Position numbers and translations under genes: made by a program. The notes below the pieces were generated by a model. It saw only the letters and a list, made by a program, of their open reading frames with translations. It was not told the origin of the DNA and made no database searches. DNA of 49,190 nt, filler included, from Trypethelium eluteriae (lineage: Eukaryota): the NCBI GenBank assembly GCA_051942245.1. It is 2 parts of 2 records of this genome, joined end to end, with 100 filler letters (N's around TTAATTAATTAA, not from the genome) between each part and the next. Parts side by side here need not be neighbours in the genome. Positions count along the whole stretch, not along the records: positions 24,708 to 49,190 come from JAVECL010000401.1; 1 more part is not named here. One strand, written 5' to 3'. Positions 49,141 to 49,190 of the stretch are shown one piece after another; position 1 is the first letter of the stretch; each line of letters opens with the position of its first letter.

Positions 49141-49190
49141 GAGACGCGATGCTTGCCAATGCAGTAGTAATACAGACACCATTCCACCCC

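Noticed and set aside
1..49190. CRISPR arrays, rRNA/tRNA genes, TPP riboswitch, intact transposase or Starship captain
   Set aside because: I saw no repeat-spacer array, cloverleaf, rRNA or riboswitch consensus, or DDE/RT/tyrosine-recombinase motifs by eye. A covariance-model scan would be needed to fully exclude small RNAs.

Overview
This is eukaryotic DNA from a filamentous ascomycete (Pezizomycotina), judged from short GT-AG introns with CTRAY branch points and the gene families present. The ORF track fragments most genes, so I rebuilt exon/intron models by hand. The left ~31 kb is gene-dense and mostly conserved: Afi1/MesA (partial), an EF-hand myosin regulatory light chain-like gene, a cAMP-receptor-like GPCR, a decayed Rna15-like RRM, GPC1 acyltransferase, cohesin SMC1, a multicopper oxidase, a bacterial-type phospholipase C, DUF3431 (partial), a 100-bp artificial N/TTAATTAATTAA/N linker, MVD1 (partial), an R3H-SUZ protein, a zinc-knuckle/RS-rich protein and a small basic protein. 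The right ~18 kb looks accessory: two tandem PTH11-like membrane-protein paralogs, an SDR, a divergent mitochondrial-carrier-like ORF, a tyrosinase, decayed sequence, and two copies of a 181-bp fold-back (MITE-like) element. The most notable observations are (1) an apparent U2-type AT-AC intron needed to build the zinc knuckle of a probable splicing factor, competing with an in-frame GT-AG alternative that deletes the zinc-ligand His; (2) the 181-bp whole-hairpin repeat; (3) recurrent GC-rich islands whose C-to-G skew switch is independent of gene orientation; and (4) a stop-free GC-AG intron in SMC1. All family assignments come from motif recognition by eye, not from database searches.
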